NCBI GenBank assembly: GCA_963727255.1
Contig: CAVSFC010000002.1
Coordinates: 480,001 to 544,000, forward strand
Source of the DNA: an uncultured bacterium
GTDB taxonomy: Bacteria; Babelota; Babeliae; Babelales; Vermiphilaceae
Length of the DNA: 64,000 nucleotides
Direction: 5' to 3'
The notes beneath the pieces were generated by a model. That model did no database searches. It saw only the letters and a list, made by a program, of their open reading frames with translations, and was not told the origin of the DNA. The position numbers were made by a program, and so were the translations under genes. Shown piece after piece: positions 1-10,812 of the stretch (position 1 is its first letter; each line of letters starts with the position of its first letter).

Positions 1-620
1 CAAATCCTGCTGATGTGCCCACTTTTGCAATCCCATCTGCGCAATTTGATTAAGAGATACTGTTTGCGGATTTGGATTTAGAAATTGCGCTCGATCCCCA
101 AACATTTCTTGAATACTCGTTTGGTGTTGTTGCAGACCATTACCCAAAAAGAGAATTGGACCGGAGGAATTTTTTGGTTTATCTGCAGTAGCAAAGATTG
201 TGCGGATGCGCATCCGATATCTATGGTGCTTGTATCGATTTGAATGCCATAATAAAGATCATTGCCAAATGCGTTTAATATAACAACTTTATTTTTATAG
301 GGCTCTTGTTCATATTCTTTTAGAAATGCTTCAATAGCATTGATGCCGATGAATGGCTTTTGAGTGGCAAAACTTAACCCATTAATCGTAGAAATTACTA
401 CCCGGAGCGTTGTAAAAGGCCCGGGGCCTTGATTAGCAACAATAAATGCCAGATCTTCAAAATGGAGATTGCATTGTTTAAGCAGCTCTTGCAAAGCGAT
501 AATACATTCTTTGCTTGCTTTGGTTTTATCAAGTTCAACGAAACCGCACGCGCTGATATCGCTGTAAATTGCCAATTGCATGCTTGTATAGGTATTTTGA
601 ATTGCGAGATAATGGGTCAT
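1..620 (-). CDS. tsaB: tRNA threonylcarbamoyladenosine biosynthesis protein TsaB (frameshift near the 3' end; probably runs off the window start)
   Basis: ORF 78..620 has the N-terminal LAI motif and GPGPFTTLRV (TsaB GPGSFTGLR motif). The C-terminus turns aberrant after about position 165. Confidence 0.85.
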
Positions 621-623
621 ATA

Positions 624-803
624 CTAATGTCTATTCCGGCATTTTTGTTGTTGATAAAATATACTAAAGGTATCAAACTCGATGGATTTATCTTTTTTGA
701 GTACAATTTTACCGCAATTGAGGCATTTCCATCCATCGAAATTTAAAAAATGATCAAAAAAGGACTGTAAAACCATCAGTCCCCCACATTTTTTACACTT
801 CAT
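624..803 (-). CDS. Small zinc-ribbon-like protein (59 aa), absent from the ORF track
   Basis: Manual translation MKCKKCGGLMVLQSFFDHFLNFDGWKCLNCGKIVLKKDKSIEFDTFSIFYQQQKCRNRH*. Two CxxC pairs, AGGAG Shine-Dalgarno upstream, stop 3 bp before the tsaB start. Confidence 0.75.
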   Translation of the reverse strand: MKCKKCGGLMVLQSFFDHFLNFDGWKCLNCGKIVLKKDKSIEFDTFSIFYQQQKCRNRH

Positions 804-1058
804 CGGACAGCTCCTTTTTTTAGAGGGTGGTCTTTTACCGCACTTTTTTACTATAGTAAAACTATTGCCTCTGGCAAATAGTGATTATTTTCAATGCGGA
901 ATGCTTCATTACCTTTTTTTTCTCCCGCCATACGTCCCACGCCTTTTTACATGAGTTCAGTGGCAAAAAGAATAATTTCATTAGCTTTATTGTAATGCTT
1001 TATAAAAAAAATAGTAAATTTCTTTGGTTTTTGTCAATAATGTTGGTTTAATCGTGCT

Positions 1059-1469
1059 TCATTCCATTTCAGTCGGATGTGCGAATTGCAGATAGCTTTC
1101 TAAGATAAATGCAGCGGCGATTGAGTGAGATTTAATTTTTTCTTCTTTCGTGGTTGCTTTTTTGAGTGCATCTGCCCGTTTGCTTGATAATCGCTCATCC
1201 CAGAGAATAAATTTTTTAGTGGGAAATTCTTTTTCAAGTGTTCCTTTAGCTTCTTCAACTTTTTTAGTTTGATCGCTTGCAGTGCCTTTCATGGTCCGAG
1301 GATGACCGATGATAATAGTTTCGATGGTTTCTTTTAGAAAGAGATCGCGCAAAAATGCATTTAAATTTTTGGTCTCAGTTGTCTGGTATGGTTTTGCAAA
1401 CATGCCGAGCGCATCAGAGAGGGCAGTGCCAGTCCAGACGTCCCCAATATCCAGGGCTAGTATTTTCAT
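1059..1469 (-). CDS. ruvX: Holliday junction resolvase-like / pre-16S rRNA nuclease RuvX (YqgF)
   Basis: MKILALDIG..TGTALSD, WDERLSS and AAAFILESYL motifs. Confidence 0.92.
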   Translation of the reverse strand: MKILALDIGDVWTGTALSDALGMFAKPYQTTETKNLNAFLRDLFLKETIETIIIGHPRTMKGTASDQTKKVEEAKGTLEKEFPTKKFILWDERLSSKRADALKKATTKEEKIKSHSIAAAFILESYLQFAHPTEME

Positions 1470-1503
1470 ATAAATTCCCCATATTAAATTCTTTTAGTTT
1501 CAG

Positions 1504-1829
1504 TATACTCGATATTCATGTGCGGCGCACATGATCCTCGAAGACCCGGCGGGTGCTCCTTTGGATCCCTCGACTAATGCTCCCAGCCTGCGCATAAAGC
1601 TTCGGCGGGCACGCGGGAGTAAACGCATCCTTGCGCTCGTCCTGAGTAGAAATCCAAGATTTCGCATCGAAGGATGGCGGGCAGGCGCATCTGAATAATG
1701 CTCCTCAGGATGAGAGGGAGAGAAGAATAATTTTGAAAGACCCTTCGATACGTTCCTGCGGAACACTCAGGGCGAACGGCGCTCCCCTCCGTTCGTGGTG
1801 AGTAGAACTCGAAGAGTTCGTATCGAAAC
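1504..1829. repeat. Cluster of GC-rich palindromic REP-like units
   Basis: Units CCCTTCGATACG..CACTCAGGGCGAACGG and CCGTTCGTGGTGAGT..GTATCGAA recur at 27664, 35823, 42376 and 43379. Bases 1563-1600 match the reverse complement of about 62199-62234. Confidence 0.8.
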
Positions 1830-1850
1830 ATATTTTTAAAGGTAAATCCT

Positions 1851-3191
1851 ATGAATGCCATTATTTCTCAAGCTGGATCATTGGTAAATGTGATTATGGG
1901 CTGGCCAATTATTTGCTTTGTTATTGGTGTTAGTATCATTGTTACTCTCTCACTTGGATTTATTCAGTTGCGTTATTTCTTCGCGGCATGGAAATATACT
2001 TTTACTCCCTCAGAATCAGTGGGCAAATCTGATATGAGCCCTTTTCAGGCATTTATCAATACCCTCAATGTGAGTATTGGTAATGGAAGTTTGGCAGGGA
2101 TGGCAACTGCTATCTATTCAGGTGGGCCAGGAGCTGCTCTTTGGATCATTATTATTACTTTATTATTAATGGCTGTCCGTTATTCAGAAGTATATCTGAG
2201 TACCCATTATGCTGAATATGCGCCAAAAAATACCAAGATTGGCGGGCCCATGCTCTATCTTAAAGAGATTAAGGGCGGCAATATTCTTTCATGGCTTTAT
2301 GCGGCATTTTGCGTTTTCTTTGGCTTGATCGCCGGCAGCGCAATGCAGGCAAATTCAATCAGCTTAAGTATGAAGACCGCATGGGAAATCCCATTAATGG
2401 TAACGGCAGTGATTCTTACCGCTTTTGTTTTTTATGCCATTATCGGCGGCGCTCAACGGATTGTAAAATTTTCTGAGACAATTGTGCCGCTCAAAGTTGG
2501 TCTCTTTTTCATCTCAGCATTAATTATTCTTCTCTATCATTATCAAGCTATTATTCCTGCGCTAAAACTTATTCTTGCAAGTGGTTTAAATCTAAAGGCA
2601 TTTGGCGGGGCGGCGCTTGGTTATACCATGCAAGAGGCGATGCGCTATGGCATTCTGCGTTCAATTAATGCCACAGAATCAGGGCTTGGTACTGCTGCAA
2701 TTCTTTTTGGAGCTACAGGCAGCAAACACCCGGTGCGCGATGGTATCATGTCAATGGCTTCAACATTGGTAAGTGCCTTTGTCTGCTTTTTAGTTGCACT
2801 GTGCATTGTGGCGAGTGGTGTTTGGAACTCGGGGCAAACCAGCACCGCATTAACGATTGCGGCATATAATACGGTATTTGGAAGCATTGGTGGTTGGATG
2901 GTTGCCTTATTATCAACCGCATTTGGTATCGGCGTTTTAGTTTCATATGCCTATATTACCAAAGCTGCGTGGGATACCATCACCAAAAATCGATTTACTT
3001 ATTTATTTATTGCTGTTTATTGCGCATGCGCATTTTTTGGTGCATATACGAGCAGAGTAACTTCATTATGGGCAGCGGTTGATCTTTCGCTTGCCTGCAT
3101 GGTGAGTATCAATTTGATTGGGATTGTATGCTTATTGCCGCAGCTCAGAAAAGGCTTGCAATCATATAAAAATATTTTACACGAGAAATAA
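1851..3191 (+). CDS. Alanine/glycine:cation symporter family protein (AgcS/AlsT)
   Basis: SPFQAF, IGNGSLAGMATAIYSGGPGAALW, GGPMLYL and ESGLGTA motifs; many transmembrane segments. Confidence 0.92.
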   Translation: MNAIISQAGSLVNVIMGWPIICFVIGVSIIVTLSLGFIQLRYFFAAWKYTFTPSESVGKSDMSPFQAFINTLNVSIGNGSLAGMATAIYSGGPGAALWIIIITLLLMAVRYSEVYLSTHYAEYAPKNTKIGGPMLYLKEIKGGNILSWLYAAFCVFFGLIAGSAMQANSISLSMKTAWEIPLMVTAVILTAFVFYAIIGGAQRIVKFSETIVPLKVGLFFISALIILLYHYQAIIPALKLILASGLNLKAFGGAALGYTMQEAMRYGILRSINATESGLGTAAILFGATGSKHPVRDGIMSMASTLVSAFVCFLVALCIVASGVWNSGQTSTALTIAAYNTVFGSIGGWMVALLSTAFGIGVLVSYAYITKAAWDTITKNRFTYLFIAVYCACAFFGAYTSRVTSLWAAVDLSLACMVSINLIGIVCLLPQLRKGLQSYKNILHEK

Positions 3192-3192
3192 T

Positions 3193-4038
3193 TCATTCAA
3201 GTTTAGTATTTTTATATTTCGCTAAAAGTTCTTGTGCTCCAGGAATGTTAGCAGCATAATCATTAGGAGTATTATTAAGATAATCCTTAATTGTTAGCGA
3301 TGATCGAATATCATATTGCAATAGTGCAGCAATGCTTCTCAAACTTTTTACTTTCAGGGCCAGGTTGAGCGCAGTATCATTGTATTTTGGTTCAACCATA
3401 TTTGGTTCAATATTCTTCTGGCCGCATAAATAATTAATAATTTTGACTGCTCCGAATTCAGCCGCCTTATGCAATGGAATAAATAGCTTTTCTAAAAGGC
3501 ATTTTGCAGTAAGTATTTCTGCGGTTGGTTTATTCTTATCTAATGGAAATGGGGAATAAATATATTTATTTTGAATTTCATCCCAAGTGATATGGCCTTC
3601 ATGCTGCAATATATCGAAGTGTTTTTTTGATTCCTCCTCGCTTAGATCACAATAAACGTAAGGTTTATTTCCTATAAAATTCGGATGTTCAACTATTTTG
3701 CCATGATTTCGGATGGTGAGATCATTAGCCATTAAAAAGCTTGATACTGGAACGGGCGTACAATTTTCATCGTCAGGAGATGCGATAAACAAATAGTGCT
3801 GCTGCTCATCATCCCATCGAATTTTTTTTTCATTCTTCAACTGCTTAAAAATCTTGTAATTATTATTTTCAATAACATCGAGCGCGAATTTTCCTTCTTC
3901 CGTGTATGTTTTAAAGCACTCGAGATTATCATTTAGAATAGCATTTTCTATATATGGCTCGAGATTCGGCGTCTCCATCGCAAGCAATGATGTCGATACA
4001 AAAGCGAGGCATAAATAAACCAATTTCTTTTTATTCAT
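3193..4038 (-). CDS. Secreted ankyrin-repeat protein
   Basis: Signal peptide ending LLA-ME; ankyrin motifs PLHKAAEFGAVKII, TALNLA, TPNDYA. Confidence 0.8.
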   Translation of the reverse strand: MNKKKLVYLCLAFVSTSLLAMETPNLEPYIENAILNDNLECFKTYTEEGKFALDVIENNNYKIFKQLKNEKKIRWDDEQQHYLFIASPDDENCTPVPVSSFLMANDLTIRNHGKIVEHPNFIGNKPYVYCDLSEEESKKHFDILQHEGHITWDEIQNKYIYSPFPLDKNKPTAEILTAKCLLEKLFIPLHKAAEFGAVKIINYLCGQKNIEPNMVEPKYNDTALNLALKVKSLRSIAALLQYDIRSSLTIKDYLNNTPNDYAANIPGAQELLAKYKNTKLE

Positions 4039-4129
4039 ACGTACAAACCTTTACATATACTGTTATGATTTAAAAAAAATGGCATACTAAGGTGCAATAA
4101 AATTACGGTATTATTGTAGAAAAAGTTTT

Positions 4130-5551
4130 ATGAATAAACAAATAACGTTTCCAACACTTTGGCCGGTGAGCTGTCATACCAATACAATTGGCAAAAATTC
4201 AACATTTGTCGCAATCAAAGGCCAAAAGCAAGATGGCATTAATTTTATACCACTCGCATTGCAAAAAGGCGCTACCACGATTGTTGCGGAGCATACTGCC
4301 GATATCCCTTCAGAAATTCTTAAAGAAATTGAGTTGGCCCAGGCGCATTTGGAATTTGTGCCCGATGCGCGGCGTGCTCTCGCGTTCCGTGCGGCAAAAG
4401 CATGGAATTATCCGGCAAAGAAACTCAAGATTATTGCCATTACCGGCACCAAGGGCAAAACAACCACTGCCTGGCTTTTGCATCATATTCTTGATAGTGC
4501 CGGAAATAAAGCTGCATTGCTTTCATCAGTAAAAAATAAAATTGGTCAACAAGAGTTTACCACTGAGCTTACGACGCAGCATCCTGATTATCTTCATGCT
4601 TTTTTTCACGCATGTGTGAATGCTGATATGGAATATGTGGTCATGGAAGTTGCTGCACAGGCGTTATCGCTTCATCGCACTGCGGGATTAGAATTTGATG
4701 GCATCATCTTTACCAATTTTGCGCAGGCGCATGGTGAATTTTATTCATCTGTTGAAGAATATTATGCAGCAAAGGTTGCGATTTTTAAGCAGGTAAAGAC
4801 TGGAGTTCCGATGGTTATCAATGCTGATGATGCCAAGGGAGCCGAGCTTTTAAAAGAATTTTGCGCCATTGGATTTGGAGCAAGCGCAGCAATCAAAATG
4901 CAAAACAGTAAGAGCGATGTTAATGGAATAGAAGCGATTATTTCATTTAGCTCTCAAAGCTTTTCTTTTAAATGCCCGGCTCTTATAGGTGATTTTAATC
5001 TATATAATATTTTGGCCGCGAGTGGCATGGCATTACAATTAGGCATTCCACGCGAAAGTATTGCACATGCCTTGCACCGTTTTAAAGGGGTACCAGGCCG
5101 TTTAGAACGTTATGATCTATCTAACGGTGCCGTTTGTTTTATTGATCATGCTCATAATCCTCTTTCATTTAATGCAGTGCTCCCATTATTGCGTTCGCTC
5201 ACCGATCATTTGATTCTAGTCGCAGGCGCTGGCGGCGATCGGGATGCGCAAATGCGGCCGATACTTGGCCAGTTAATGGCTGAATATGCAGATCATGTTT
5301 TTATTACGACCGATAATCCGCGCTCAGAAAATCCTGCCGATATTATTGCAGCAATCTATGCAGGAGTTCCTGCTGATAAAAAAGATAAAGTAATTTGCGA
5401 GCTGGATCGAGAAGTAGCAATAAAGAAAGCGGTTGAACTATCGCGAGCGAAATCTATTATTGCTTTGCTGGGCAAAGGGCCTGAGCAGTATCAAATTATT
5501 GGCACGCATAAAATACCGTTTAGTGAAAAGAATATTTTATTAAGACTGTGA
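4130..5551 (+). CDS. murE: UDP-N-acetylmuramoyl-L-alanyl-D-glutamate--2,6-diaminopimelate ligase
   Basis: ITGTKGKTTT P-loop, GVPGRLE, DHAHNP, GAGGDRD, DNPRSE (DAP-type motif) and GKG. Confidence 0.93.
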   Translation: MNKQITFPTLWPVSCHTNTIGKNSTFVAIKGQKQDGINFIPLALQKGATTIVAEHTADIPSEILKEIELAQAHLEFVPDARRALAFRAAKAWNYPAKKLKIIAITGTKGKTTTAWLLHHILDSAGNKAALLSSVKNKIGQQEFTTELTTQHPDYLHAFFHACVNADMEYVVMEVAAQALSLHRTAGLEFDGIIFTNFAQAHGEFYSSVEEYYAAKVAIFKQVKTGVPMVINADDAKGAELLKEFCAIGFGASAAIKMQNSKSDVNGIEAIISFSSQSFSFKCPALIGDFNLYNILAASGMALQLGIPRESIAHALHRFKGVPGRLERYDLSNGAVCFIDHAHNPLSFNAVLPLLRSLTDHLILVAGAGGDRDAQMRPILGQLMAEYADHVFITTDNPRSENPADIIAAIYAGVPADKKDKVICELDREVAIKKAVELSRAKSIIALLGKGPEQYQIIGTHKIPFSEKNILLRL

Positions 5552-5570
5552 TTGCTTAATTTCAACTATA

Positions 5571-5662
5571 AAGTTTTTGTGGCGACTTCTGCTCACGCTG
5601 GAAGCGCAATAAAAGCTATGAATAAAAATTTACTTTGCACTTGCGCGAACCTTCCTGGCATC
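5571..5662. repeat. Degenerate fragment related to the right arm of the 29751-30246 element
   Basis: Shares CGCTGGAAGCGCAA and AACCTTCCTGGC with 30167-30210. Confidence 0.5.
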
Positions 5663-5761
5663 CGTTGTTTTTGATAAATCTATAAATGCTTGTCGAGCTG
5701 CTAATTTTTTTCTAGCATCAAAACGGTATGCCTTATTGTCCTTTTAAAGAAGGAATTTAGT

Positions 5762-6097
5762 ATGAAAAAGATAATAAGCATAATGTTGGTAGCATTTGTT
5801 TGGCTTGCTCCAGATTTTGCAATGGAGAAAAACGCCAAAATCCTGGCAGCCGTAAAAGAACCAGCTCCAAGTAAAAAAAATAAGAAGACTTTTTTTGGAT
5901 TATTTATCAGTTGTATGGCAAAGAATCCAGATGCCTTAAAGCCAGGCGGATCCGGGGTATCAAAAAAATCACGCAAAAAGCGAAAAGAAGAATACCCCAC
6001 CTTTTTTGAATTTCTCAAACAGCAGGATGAGCAAACAACTACTTTGAAGGATCCCAAGATAAAAAGTGATAAATATCCAAACTCAGATAATTATTAA
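5762..6097 (+). CDS. Small secreted Lys-rich hypothetical protein
   Basis: AAGGAA Shine-Dalgarno; signal peptide ending DFA-ME. Confidence 0.65.
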   Translation: MKKIISIMLVAFVWLAPDFAMEKNAKILAAVKEPAPSKKNKKTFFGLFISCMAKNPDALKPGGSGVSKKSRKKRKEEYPTFFEFLKQQDEQTTTLKDPKIKSDKYPNSDNY

Positions 6098-6109
6098 AGG
6101 AGCTAATTT

Positions 6110-6138
6110 TTGACAAATTAGAGCACTTTGGGTACATT
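6110..6138 (+). promoter_or_regulatory. Putative sigma70 promoter of hppA
   Basis: TTGACA (6110-6115), 17 bp spacer, TACATT (6133-6138), about 50 bp upstream of the ATG. Confidence 0.55.
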
Positions 6139-6189
6139 ATAATTCTGTTTCACAGATAAAACCCATTAGTTTTCTTTTTTGGAGATTTC

Positions 6190-8177
6190 ATGGAAATATT
6201 CCAGTTTTTTGTTATTGCTTTAGCAACTTCTCTTTTGGGGCTGGCCGTTGTGGCTGCTTTGCTGATTAAAATACGGAGTATTTCTGTTGATAATGCCAAA
6301 GCAAGTGAAATTGCTGCTGCTATTCGTGGCGGCGCTATGACTTTCTTGCGTGAAGAATATCAAATTATTGCAATAGTGGTTGCCTTGGTTACTCTATTGC
6401 TCGGCGTTTTTGTGAGCCTTGACTTCAGCGCAGGCTGCTTTATTTTTGGCGCCGTTCTTTCTATGAGTGCCGGTTATATTGGCATGAATGCGGCAACTGA
6501 TGCGAATGTGCGAACCACTATGGCAGCTAAAGATAAAGGTGAGCACGCTGCATTTTCAGTTGCATTTTTTGGTGGCGGGGTGATGGGTTTTGCCGTTGCA
6601 GCTTTTGGTCTTATTGGTCTTGGACTTTTATTTTATTTATTTGTTGAATCACCCAGATTTTGCATTATTAATTACCAGTTTTGGCATTGGGGCAAGCTTA
6701 GTTGCATTTTTTGCGCGTGTTGGCGGTGGTATTTATACCAAATCTGCTGACGTTGGTGCAGATTTAGTGGGTAAAATTGAAGCAGGATATTCCTGAAGAT
6801 GATCCACGTAATCCTGCAGTTATTGCTGATAACGTTGGTGATTGCGTTGGCGATACTGCCGGTATGGGTGCAGATATTTATGAATCATATGTTGGTGCAA
6901 TGGTTGCTTCTATTATTTTGGGTATTGAAACCTATGGTACCAATCTTAATGTATATTACTTTCCCGGTTATGTTAGCAGCATTTGGTCTGATTGGTTCAG
7001 TTGCTGGGCTTGCATCAAATTTAGTATTGCGTCTTGAACCTGCAGCAATGTTGCGTAATGCAACTTATATTGCAATCGGATTCTTCTTAATTGCTATCAC
7101 TATGTCTATATTGCATATACCGGTATTGATCATGGCACTCTTTATTTCAATTGTTCTTGGATGTGTTTCAGGAATTATTATTGGTTTAATTACTGAATAT
7201 TATACCGGTGGCTCACCGGTGAGAAAAATTGCAGAAAGTTCTCGTTCTGGTGCAGCAACCAATATTATTTATGGTCTTTCAGTTGGTATGGAATCAACGG
7301 TTGCCGGTAATTATCTTATCGTTCATTGTATTACTTGCTCATTTTTATGGCGGTGGACTTATTTGGTGTTTCAATTGCAGCAGTTGCAATGCTTGCAACC
7401 GTTGGTATTACCATGACCGTTGATGCATATGGCCCAATTGCTGATAATGCTGGCGGCATTGCAGAAATGGCAGGCTTTGGTGAATCAGTGCGAGAAATTA
7501 CTGATAAATTAGATGCGCTTGGTAATACAACTGCAGCAATGGGTAAAGGATTTGCAATTGGTTCAGCATTATTAACAGCGCTTGCAATGTTCTCTGCATA
7601 TTCACAAGAAGCTCATTTCGATGCATTAATATTCTAGATCCATATGTCTTGGTTGGTATGTTTATTGGTGGCACTATGCCATTTTTAATTATCTGCATTA
7701 ACTATGCGTTCAGTTGGTGAATGCTGCACTTAAAATGGTGATGGAAGTTCGTCGTCAATTTAAAGAAATTCCTGGCCTTATGGAAGGCACAGCAAAACCT
7801 GATTATAATCGTTGTATTGCAATCAGTACAAAAGCTGCATTGCATGAAATGATTTTCCCGGTCGTTATTACCGTATCATTGCCAATTATTGTTCGTTTTA
7901 CGCTTGGGCAAAGCAGCGCTTGGCGGCTTGCTTGGTTGGCGCAACAGTGGTTGGTGTATTACTTGCGCTTATGATGGCAAATGGTGGCGGTGCATGGGAT
8001 AATGCTAAAAAATATATTGAAGCAGGTCATTTTGGTGGTAAAGGATCTGATGCGCATAAAGCTGCCGTTCATTGGCGATACGGTGGGCGATCCATTCAAA
8101 GATACATCTGGCCCTAGCACTTAATATTTTGATTAAGTTAATGTCGGTAATTTCATTGCTATTGGTATTGATTTAAA
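6190..8177 (+). CDS. hppA: Membrane-bound H+/Na+-translocating pyrophosphatase (several frameshifts, probably sequence errors)
   Basis: Motifs spread over frames: [81 protein letters not shown]. Confidence 0.93.
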
Positions 8178-8181
8178 GCCA

Positions 8182-8637
8182 ATGAAGAAGTTATTCTTCA
8201 TATTAGTTTGCAACGCACTTTTTGCGAGCGCAATGGACAGCAAATCTTGCGGAGTAAAAATTTTCCTTATGCCTGTTCCAAAGGATGTCGAACTAATTAG
8301 TGGAATGATAGTTCCCTATGATGAAGTAACTAAAGTTATGGCGAATCTTAAAGCTTTGGACGAAGATCAAAGATTTGACTATATCAGCAAATATTGGTTA
8401 TTTTGTGAATTAGAAGAGCATATAGATTGTATGCAATCTCCACGATATCCTAATCATGTATTTTTTGATTTTGATATACCTATTTTAAAAGAGAAAAGTC
8501 TCATAGATCTCGAGCACTCCATATCGCAAATCACTGCTCATGTTATACGATCTGCGGTTAGAACGAATAATGAATTGCGAAAGGTTATTATCCAGAATCC
8601 GGTAAGAAAAATTCTTTCGTATAAAGATTTGCCATGA
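8182..8637 (+). CDS. Secreted hypothetical protein, paralog of 8634..9113
   Basis: Signal peptide ending ASA-MD; shared motif VEL.SG..VP.DEVT.V..NLKAL..D. Confidence 0.7.
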   Translation: MKKLFFILVCNALFASAMDSKSCGVKIFLMPVPKDVELISGMIVPYDEVTKVMANLKALDEDQRFDYISKYWLFCELEEHIDCMQSPRYPNHVFFDFDIPILKEKSLIDLEHSISQITAHVIRSAVRTNNELRKVIIQNPVRKILSYKDLP

Positions 8638-9113
8638 ATAAAATAATTTTTTCATTTCTGTGCGGTTCTATAATTCCTGCCTTTGGTATGGATAGTAATC
8701 CAGGATCTATAGTATCCGCTCCCAAAATGGTGGAATTAAAAAATGGTGTTCTAGTTCCCTTCGATGAAGTAACTCGAGTGACGGAAAATCTCAAGGCTTT
8801 GGCCAAAGATGAAAGGCTGGCCACGGGCACTAAATTTACGTTATTCTGCGCATTAAGAGCAAGAGCCTTGATGGCTAATTTTACATTTGCTGATTGGTCC
8901 AGAGACATTTTACAGGAGAGAAATCTCATTTTAAGAGCAAGAGCATTGATGGCTCATTTTACATTTGCTGATTGGTCGAGAGACGTTTTAGAGGAGAGAA
9001 ATTTCATTGATCCCCAAGAATCCATGACCGCATCGGTTGCTAACATTATAAAATGTTCAGTTAGGATAATAGGAGATGAATTTACTGTTGAAGATCCAGT
9101 AGTAATTACTTAA
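8634..9113 (+). CDS. Secreted hypothetical protein with an internal 26-aa tandem duplication
   Basis: Signal peptide ending AFG-MD; LRARALMAxFTFADWSRDxLxERN occurs twice. Confidence 0.7.
   Translation: MNKIIFSFLCGSIIPAFGMDSNPGSIVSAPKMVELKNGVLVPFDEVTRVTENLKALAKDERLATGTKFTLFCALRARALMANFTFADWSRDILQERNLILRARALMAHFTFADWSRDVLEERNFIDPQESMTASVANIIKCSVRIIGDEFTVEDPVVIT
8853..9008 (+). repeat. 78-bp intragenic tandem duplication
   Basis: 8853-8930 and 8931-9008 are near-identical and in frame. Confidence 0.9.
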
Positions 9114-9147
9114 TTTAACACACATAAAGTTTTTCTTTCGAAAGTAT

Positions 9148-9347
9148 AATGAAGCGCCCACCGGCTTAAAAGCCGGTGTATCGCGCGGAATTCGCCAAAG
9201 CCTTATCCAGCCTACGTTTATACGGGCCTTTCCTACTACGCTAAAGCTACGAAGGACAGGCCGGCTCGGCAAACTTCGGCGGATATTCTCCCGCCATTCA
9301 TCCCAGGCTTAAAAAGCCTTGGGGTTTTCTGGCGTCGGAGAATAAAA
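9148..9347 (-). mobile_element. About 200-bp non-autonomous IS200/IS605-like miniature element, copy 1
   Basis: Near-identical inverted copy at 63698-63903. Subterminal hairpins CACCGGCTTAAAAGCCGGTG and CCCAGGCTTAAAAAGCCTTGGGG; no transposase. Confidence 0.7.
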
Positions 9348-9477
9348 GAAAAAAACACAAGTCCAATTTATTTTTTTAATGATTATTAGAAATTTCTTGC
9401 AATATAAATTTCAACCTTGTTAATCTTACCTATGAACTAGATTAGGGCAAAAGTGAGTAGGAGTAAGGGGGCCAGCA

Positions 9478-10797
9478 ATGGACAAGGGAAAAAATTGCAA
9501 AAAGACGTATATTATTTCATTTTTGCGAGTATTCTTTGTTCTTTTTGTTGCATTGGTATTACCTCGTTTCTTTTTTCATGATGAAAAAGCAATTTTAGTT
9601 TTAAATAATGGGGATCCGCAGAATCCAACATTTCTCATTTTAAACTCGGTTTAGAAAATATTTCAGCGGAATTTTTGCGGAGCTTGAGCAGCAAAGGCAG
9701 TATCGATGGATATACCGTTGGGCTTATAACCAATCATAGCGGTTTGGATCAGCAGCGGGAACCGGAATATTGATATTCTTCTTTCCAAGGGCCTTCGGCT
9801 CAAAAAAATTTATATTCCAGAAGATGATTTTTATACGTATAAAAAAGGGATCAATTGGGAAATGATTGATGATCATACGCATATTCCTCTTGTATTATTG
9901 CCCCATATTGATTCATTAAAAAAATCAAAAGAATATTCATTTAAAGATGTGGACGTGCTATTTTTTGATTTGCAAGACAATGGCATAAGTCCAAGTTCTC
10001 ATTTAGCAACGTTGGTTAAAGCGTTGCAAAGCGCAGCTTCGCAAAATAAAACAATTGTGGTTCTTGATCGGCCCAATATGATGGGCTCATCAATGGAAGG
10101 AGCGCTGACTGGCGGTGGGCCAGCAGAGGAGCTTCTTTCTATTCCTATGCGCCATGGCATGACATTTGGCGAGCTCGCGCGATATTGCAATACTACCGTG
10201 CTGAGCCAATCGGCGCGATTATTTGTGGTGCCGATGCAAGATTATAAACGTGTTTCTTTAGATGATGCAATGGCAACCACGCATCCTTCTCTTTTTACAA
10301 ATATTGATGCATATTATGGATCAAGTTTTTTAACTATATTGAGTTCAGTGGGGCCATTTGATATTGGTATAGGTACTGATATGGCATTTCAATGTTTGGC
10401 ATTGCCAGAAAGTTTGCGATTTCCAAAACAAAAATGGTTTGAATTGCGCACCGTTCTCAAGCAGCAAGGAATTGAAACATCATGGTACCGGTATCCGAAT
10501 GCAAAAAAGCAAGCTACTTTTGCCGGATTGCGGTTGATGGTGCGAAATATTGATCAATTTTCACCATTTGCAACAATAGTAACAATTCTGCATTTCTTTA
10601 AAGATGCAGGAATAAAGCTTACCTATTCATCAGAATTCGATCGTGCATTTGGCGGAAAAAAAGTTCGAGATTTTTTAGATGGTAAATTTTCACGCCATGA
10701 TTTAGAACATGAAGTGAACAAAAATTTAAAAACGTTTTATAACAAAGCGCAGCATTCATTTATCTATAAGCCTGCACCGCGAATAGTGCTCTTATAA
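9478..10797 (+). CDS. DUF1343 / NamZ (exo-beta-N-acetylmuramidase)-like protein, degenerate paralog, frameshifted 5' part
   Basis: FKLGLEN, VGLITNHSG, FFDLQD, VLDRPN and PMRHGMTFGELA motifs. Confidence 0.8.
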
Positions 10798-10812
10798 AAA
10801 AGGGGAAGAGCA

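Noticed and set aside
1500..1861. ORFs 1500..1766 and 1574..1861
   Set aside because: They are translations of the palindromic repeat cluster with no protein motifs.
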